Translations under genes and position numbers: made by a program | Assembly: GCA_964450385.1 (NCBI GenBank) | Contig: CAYVEC010000009.1 | Location: 391 to 64,390 of the forward strand | Reading direction: 5' to 3' | From: an uncultured Planctomycetales bacterium | GTDB lineage: Bacteria > Omnitrophota > Gorgyraeia > Zapsychrales > JANLHA01 | Length of the DNA: 64,000 bases | Notes under the pieces: generated by a model | The model's input: the letters and a program-made list of their open reading frames with translations, nothing else | Database searches by the model: none | What the model was told of the DNA's origin: nothing | In this document: positions 59,753 to 64,000 of the stretch, in pieces | Position numbering within the stretch: position 1 is the stretch's first letter | Layout: the number at the start of each line of letters is the position of its first letter

Positions 59753-61540
59753 TCACGTACCCGGTGTATCGTTCTGCCGATCATGGTACTTCGTGTGAAG
59801 AAGATGATGGCTTTTCGGCCCGCACGGGCCTTCGGTCAAGAACTCGTCATAGAGTTTCTTGATCGAGGGATTCTCATGCGACTTGCGGATCGCCTTGCCT
59901 TCGTCTTCCTTATAAATGGCATTGATCCTGGCCTCGCGCACCGAATCATCCGTGAACCTCGGCTGACCTCCGCCGCCGATACATCCGCCGGGGCAGGTCA
60001 TGACCTCGACAAAATGATACGACGCCTCCCCGGCCTTGATGCGGTCAAGCAGGGCCGCCGCGTTTGAAAGGCTATGCGCGACCGCCACCCGCATCTCAAC
60101 GCCTTCCAAAAACGACCAGGCCGGTAACGCCCCTTCGATCTTCAGACTCGCCTCTTTCATCCCCTTCAGCCCAGCGAGAGGACGCACATGGAGATTCTCC
60201 ATCGGCAGCGGCCGGCCCGTGACGATTTCATAAACGGTACGGATCGCAGCCTCCATGACCCCACCGGTATTAGCAAAGATATCCGCCGCCCCGGATGAAC
60301 GCCCCAAGGGATCGTCCATGGTCCCGTCGGGAAGACGCTCAAAATTGATCCCAGCGGCCTGGATCATCCGCCCGAGCTCGCGGGTCGTAAGGACATAATC
60401 CACATCCCGGAATCCGCTGCTCGTCATTTCCGGCCGCGCCGCCTCAAACTTTTTAGCGGTGCACGGCATGACCGAGACCACGACCATACGCGCGGGATCG
60501 ATCCCCTTTTGCTGCGCGTAAAACGTCTTGGCAAGGGCACCGAACATCTGCTGCGGCGACTTGCACGACGAGAGGTTCGGAAGGAATTCCGGATAAAAAT
60601 GCTCGGTGAATTTAATCCACCCCGGCGAACAGCTTGACAACTGTGGCAGGGCCACCGGCTGATGATCGACCAGCGCGCGCTTGAGACGAAGCAGGAGCTC
60701 CGTTCCCTCCTCAAGGATGGTGAGGTCCGCGGTGAAATTCGTATCAAAAACCGCGTCAAATCCCATCTGCCTGAGGGCCGTGACCATCTTGCCGGTCACG
60801 AGGGTGCCCGGCGGCAGTCCAAAACACTCCCCCAGGGCCGCGCGGATCGCCGGCGCCGTCTGCACAACAACGAATTTTTCCGGGTCGTCAAGCGCGGCGA
60901 GGACCTGCTTCTCATGGCTGCGCTCGATGATCGCGCCCACCGGACAAACCGCGGCGCACTGCCCGCACTGGACACACGCGACCTCATCAAGTCCTAGCGC
61001 AAAGGCCGGACCGATCACGGTATCATACCCGCGGTTCTGAGGAAAGAGAACCCCGACGCGCTGAACCTCATTGCAAACAGTGACGCACCGCCGGCATTTA
61101 ATACATTTTCCCGAATCCCGCACCAGGGCCGGAGACGAATCATCGACGATCCGCTCAGGCCGCTCACCCCCATACCGCGGCTCACGGATCCCAAGCTCAT
61201 TCGCCAAGGCCTTGAGTTCGCAGTCTTCACTACGGTCGCAGTATTGACAATCGCCCTCATGCTCGCTCAGAAGCATCTCAACGACCATGGTCCGCGCGTC
61301 GCGCACCCGCTTGCTGTTGGTGTGGATGACCATCCCTTCGCTCACCGGGGTCGAACACGAGGCCGCCAAATTCCGCCCGCCCTCAACCTCAACAACACAG
61401 ACCCGGCACGCCCCAAGCGGAGGCTTCCCCTGCAAAAAACAGAGCGTCGGAATCTCGATACCGACCTGCCGGGCTGCGTCCAGGATCATCGTTCCAGGAG
61501 GGACCTCAACCGTCTGCTGATTGATGATTACCTTGGTCAT
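59753..61540 (-). CDS. hydA: [FeFe]-hydrogenase catalytic subunit (M3-type, HydA)
   Basis: N-terminal 2Fe-2S ferredoxin motif, a His-ligated 4Fe-4S ([14 protein letters not shown]), two 4Fe-4S ferredoxin motifs ([22 protein letters not shown]), and H-cluster motifs L2 ([11 protein letters not shown]) and L3 ([16 protein letters not shown]). L1 is non-canonical, SSCSPGW instead of TSCCPxW. Confidence 0.85.
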   Translation of the reverse strand: MTKVIINQQTVEVPPGTMILDAARQVGIEIPTLCFLQGKPPLGACRVCVVEVEGGRNLAASCSTPVSEGMVIHTNSKRVRDARTMVVEMLLSEHEGDCQYCDRSEDCELKALANELGIREPRYGGERPERIVDDSSPALVRDSGKCIKCRRCVTVCNEVQRVGVLFPQNRGYDTVIGPAFALGLDEVACVQCGQCAAVCPVGAIIERSHEKQVLAALDDPEKFVVVQTAPAIRAALGECFGLPPGTLVTGKMVTALRQMGFDAVFDTNFTADLTILEEGTELLLRLKRALVDHQPVALPQLSSCSPGWIKFTEHFYPEFLPNLSSCKSPQQMFGALAKTFYAQQKGIDPARMVVVSVMPCTAKKFEAARPEMTSSGFRDVDYVLTTRELGRMIQAAGINFERLPDGTMDDPLGRSSGAADIFANTGGVMEAAIRTVYEIVTGRPLPMENLHVRPLAGLKGMKEASLKIEGALPAWSFLEGVEMRVAVAHSLSNAAALLDRIKAGEASYHFVEVMTCPGGCIGGGGQPRFTDDSVREARINAIYKEDEGKAIRKSHENPSIKKLYDEFLTEGPCGPKSHHLLHTKYHDRQNDTPGT

Positions 61541-64000
61541 GATTCATCTCCCCCTTTCGCAGACGGGCACTTGCCGTAATCGCACCGCAGGCACCGCCGG
61601 GCCTGACGCCGGGCCACGGCCTCATTCCAAGACTGTTCGACCTCATCAAAATTGTGGCGGCGCCGGCCAACGTCCAAGAGCTGCATCTTTTCGCGCGGAT
61701 ATGGAACCGGGTCCGCGTCAGGGTCAAAATCCGTTTTGACCTCCTGTGCCTCCCGCCAAAAGGCGTGTTCCGCACCGGTAAAATACCGGTCGATCCCGAC
61801 CGCGGCGCGTTCCCCCGAGGCGATCGCCATCACGACCGACGACGGCCCCATCATCGCGTCCCCTCCGGCAAAGACCCCTTCGATCGAGGTCTGACCGTAG
61901 ACCGGATCGGCCTCGATAAACTTTCGGGAGGAAAGACGGATATCCGTTCCTCGGCTCAGGGTCTCCGTCCGGATCGCCTGCCCGATCGCGATGATCACCT
62001 GATCCACCGGAACATCGATCATGTCTTCCGGATTCGCCGTCGGACGGCGGCGCCCGGTCTGGTCAAAATCCCCAAGCCGCATCCGGACACAACGGAGATT
62101 CGAGACCCGGCCCTCAGCGTCTTTTTGAATCTCAACGGGATGGGTGAGCGGCTGGATCCGAACCCCTTCATGGACCGCCTCCTCCACCTCCTCGGCATAG
62201 GCCGGCATCTCATTCTGGCTCCGTCGGTACATCACCGTCACCTCTTCGGCCCCGAGCCGCAAGGCGCTGCGCGCGGCATCAATGGCAGCATTCCCTCCGC
62301 CGATGACCACAACGCGGCGGCCCACCGGAACAGACCCGCGGATATTATACGTGCGTAAAAATTCCAAGGCATCAACAACGCCCTGGGCATCCTCCCCGTC
62401 AACACCAAGGCGCGTGCTCTCCGGAGCCCCGACACCGATAAAGACCGCCTCATAACCCTGGGCCTTCAGGTCCTCGATCGTAAAATCCCGCCCGAGGGCC
62501 TTGCCGGTCTCGATATCAACGCCAAGCCGCTCGATCATCCGGATCTCGCGCGCCAAAGTTTCGCGCGGCAGACGGTAGGCCGGAATCGTCTGAACGAGCA
62601 TCCCGCCGGGCCGAGACTCCTTCTCAAAGACCTTGGGCCGATACCCAAGCCGCGCCAAAAAATACGCGCATGCGAGCCCGGCCGGACCCGCGCCCACGAT
62701 CGCGATCCGCCGCCCCGCGTTCTTTTCGTCCTGACGGACCTCGGGAAGCTGGACCACGACCTCCTGGTCCACCATGAACCGTTTGACCCCGCGGATCGAG
62801 ACCGCAGCATCCAGGGTCGCCCGACGGCATTTATCCTCACAGGTATGAAAACAGACACGCGCGCAGACAGCAGCAAAGGGATTCCGCTCACGATGGAGCT
62901 TGAGGGCCTCGGCGTAGCGCTGTTCTCCGGTGAGCCCGACGAATCCCGGGACATCAACCCCTGCCGGACAGGCGCTCTGACACGGCGCGCGGACGAGGTC
63001 CGGACACACCCCGGCCTCGCAATGCTTGTCCCGGATATGCTGTTCGTATTCTTTCAAAAAATACCGCAGCGTGGACCGGACAGGGTTCGCGGAGGTATAG
63101 CCGAGCCCGCAGAGCGAGGCATCCTTGATCTGCATCCCGAGCTGGAACAGGCGTTCAATGTCCTCCGGCTCCCCCTTGTCCTGACAGATCTTCTCCAAGA
63201 TCTCAAGCATCCGCTTCGACCCGACGCGGCACGGCACGCATTTGCCGCACGACTCCTCCTGAACAAACTCCAGAAAGAACCGCGCCACGTCGACCATGCA
63301 GGCATCATCGTCAATCACAATGAGTCCACCCGAGCCCATGATCGCGCCGAGCTCAACCAGGGTGTCATAATCAAGCGGGACGTTGAGGTGCTCGCGAGGA
63401 ATGCACCCCCCCGACGGGCCTCCGATCTGGGCCGCCTTGAAGGATTTACCGTTTTTAACGCCTCCGCCGATATCAAAAACAAGCTCGCCAAGCGGCGTCC
63501 CGATCGGGACCTCAACAAGCCCAGAATTATTCACCGCACCGGCGAGGGCAAAGACCTTGGTCCCTTTACTTTTCTCACTCCCCATCAAGGCGTACCATTC
63601 AGGCCCGTTCAAGATAATCGCCGGGACATTGACATAGGTCTCAACATTATTGAGCAGACTCGGCCGTCCCCACAGACCAGACTGCGCCGGAAACGGCGGA
63701 CGGGGCCGCGGTTCACCGCGCCTCCCCTCGAGCGAGGCCATGAGCGCCGTCTCCTCCCCGCAGACAAAGGCCCCGGACCCCATACGGATATCGAGATCAA
63801 AGGCGAATCCAGAACCCAGAATGTTCTCACCAAGAAGCCCGGCGGTCCGCGCCTGCTCGATCGCGGCCGTGAGCCGCGAGACCGCGAGCGGATATTCTGC
63901 ACGGACATACACATACCCCTGCCGCGCGCCGATCGCAAAGGCTGCGATCGTCATCCCCTCAATGACGCTGTGAGGATCACCTTCAAGAACGCTCCGGTTC
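61537..64000 (-). CDS. NuoF-like NAD(P)H/FMN/4Fe-4S subunit fused to a GltD-like FAD/NAD(P)H oxidoreductase domain (5' end beyond the window)
   Basis: The reading frame stays open past 63954 to the window edge (..[19 protein letters not shown], a NuoF motif). FMN/NADH regions and the 4Fe-4S motif (CGKCVPCR) are followed by extra Cys clusters and two Rossmann GxGxxG motifs ([36 protein letters not shown]) as in glutamate synthase small subunits. Overlaps the hydA start by 4 nt. Confidence 0.8.
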   Translation of the reverse strand, partial: NRSVLEGDPHSVIEGMTIAAFAIGARQGYVYVRAEYPLAVSRLTAAIEQARTAGLLGENILGSGFAFDLDIRMGSGAFVCGEETALMASLEGRRGEPRPRPPFPAQSGLWGRPSLLNNVETYVNVPAIILNGPEWYALMGSEKSKGTKVFALAGAVNNSGLVEVPIGTPLGELVFDIGGGVKNGKSFKAAQIGGPSGGCIPREHLNVPLDYDTLVELGAIMGSGGLIVIDDDACMVDVARFFLEFVQEESCGKCVPCRVGSKRMLEILEKICQDKGEPEDIERLFQLGMQIKDASLCGLGYTSANPVRSTLRYFLKEYEQHIRDKHCEAGVCPDLVRAPCQSACPAGVDVPGFVGLTGEQRYAEALKLHRERNPFAAVCARVCFHTCEDKCRRATLDAAVSIRGVKRFMVDQEVVVQLPEVRQDEKNAGRRIAIVGAGPAGLACAYFLARLGYRPKVFEKESRPGGMLVQTIPAYRLPRETLAREIRMIERLGVDIETGKALGRDFTIEDLKAQGYEAVFIGVGAPESTRLGVDGEDAQGVVDALEFLRTYNIRGSVPVGRRVVVIGGGNAAIDAARSALRLGAEEVTVMYRRSQNEMPAYAEEVEEAVHEGVRIQPLTHPVEIQKDAEGRVSNLRCVRMRLGDFDQTGRRRPTANPEDMIDVPVDQVIIAIGQAIRTETLSRGTDIRLSSRKFIEADPVYGQTSIEGVFAGGDAMMGPSSVVMAIASGERAAVGIDRYFTGAEHAFWREAQEVKTDFDPDADPVPYPREKMQLLDVGRRRHNFDEVEQSWNEAVARRQARRCLRCDYGKCPSAKGGDES

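Noticed and set aside
1-64000. CRISPR arrays, IS elements, integrases, phage genes
   Set aside because: I found no short direct repeats with regular spacers and no transposase (DDE), recombinase or phage-structural signatures in any of the translated ORFs.

Overview
This is a high-GC (~60%) bacterial chromosomal segment, probably from an anaerobe, densely packed with genes mostly on the minus strand. I recognise no rRNA, tRNA, CRISPR array, transposase or integrase.

Housekeeping genes make up most of the window:
- Envelope, transport and DNA repair: nhaP2-like K+/H+ antiporter, pilT, ogt, a uvrC lacking the HhH tail, and murJ.
- A leuS-lptE-holA neighbourhood (leuS, holA, lptE, bamD) interrupted by comEC and comEA, plus a DnaQ-like exonuclease.
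- A thiS-thiG-thiH-thiF thiamine operon with two YjbQ paralogs elsewhere.
- Translation and tRNA modification: rpsT, cysK, mnmG, mnmE, folC, purH, nth, era, csaA and an rpsU that the ORF track missed (<60 aa).

Accessory content worth a second look:
- A LacI-linked sugar-uptake and GH2 locus (20.7-30.8 kb) carrying a recurring ~130-aa helical module in four copies across a lipoprotein and the GH2 enzyme.
- An M1 zinc aminopeptidase fused to an Omp85-like C-terminal beta-barrel. It looks like a type Vd autotransporter with a peptidase passenger, and I rate it the most interesting candidate.
- Smaller accessory items: tandem stand-alone PilZ proteins; a SemiSWEET-like mini-transporter next to a PfkB sugar kinase; and two GT-C-like membrane glycosyltransferase candidates, one in a low-GC island.
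- An unusual YkgJ-DUF2156 fusion, and a TrpB2 plus dual nitroreductase cluster.
- Regulatory genes beside the hydrogenase cluster: a response regulator with a possible KaiB-like partner, an XRE-cupin regulator and a dual-REC regulator.
- An [FeFe]-hydrogenase gene with a non-canonical L1 H-cluster motif (SSCSPGW), followed by a NuoF-GltD fusion subunit that runs off the window edge.
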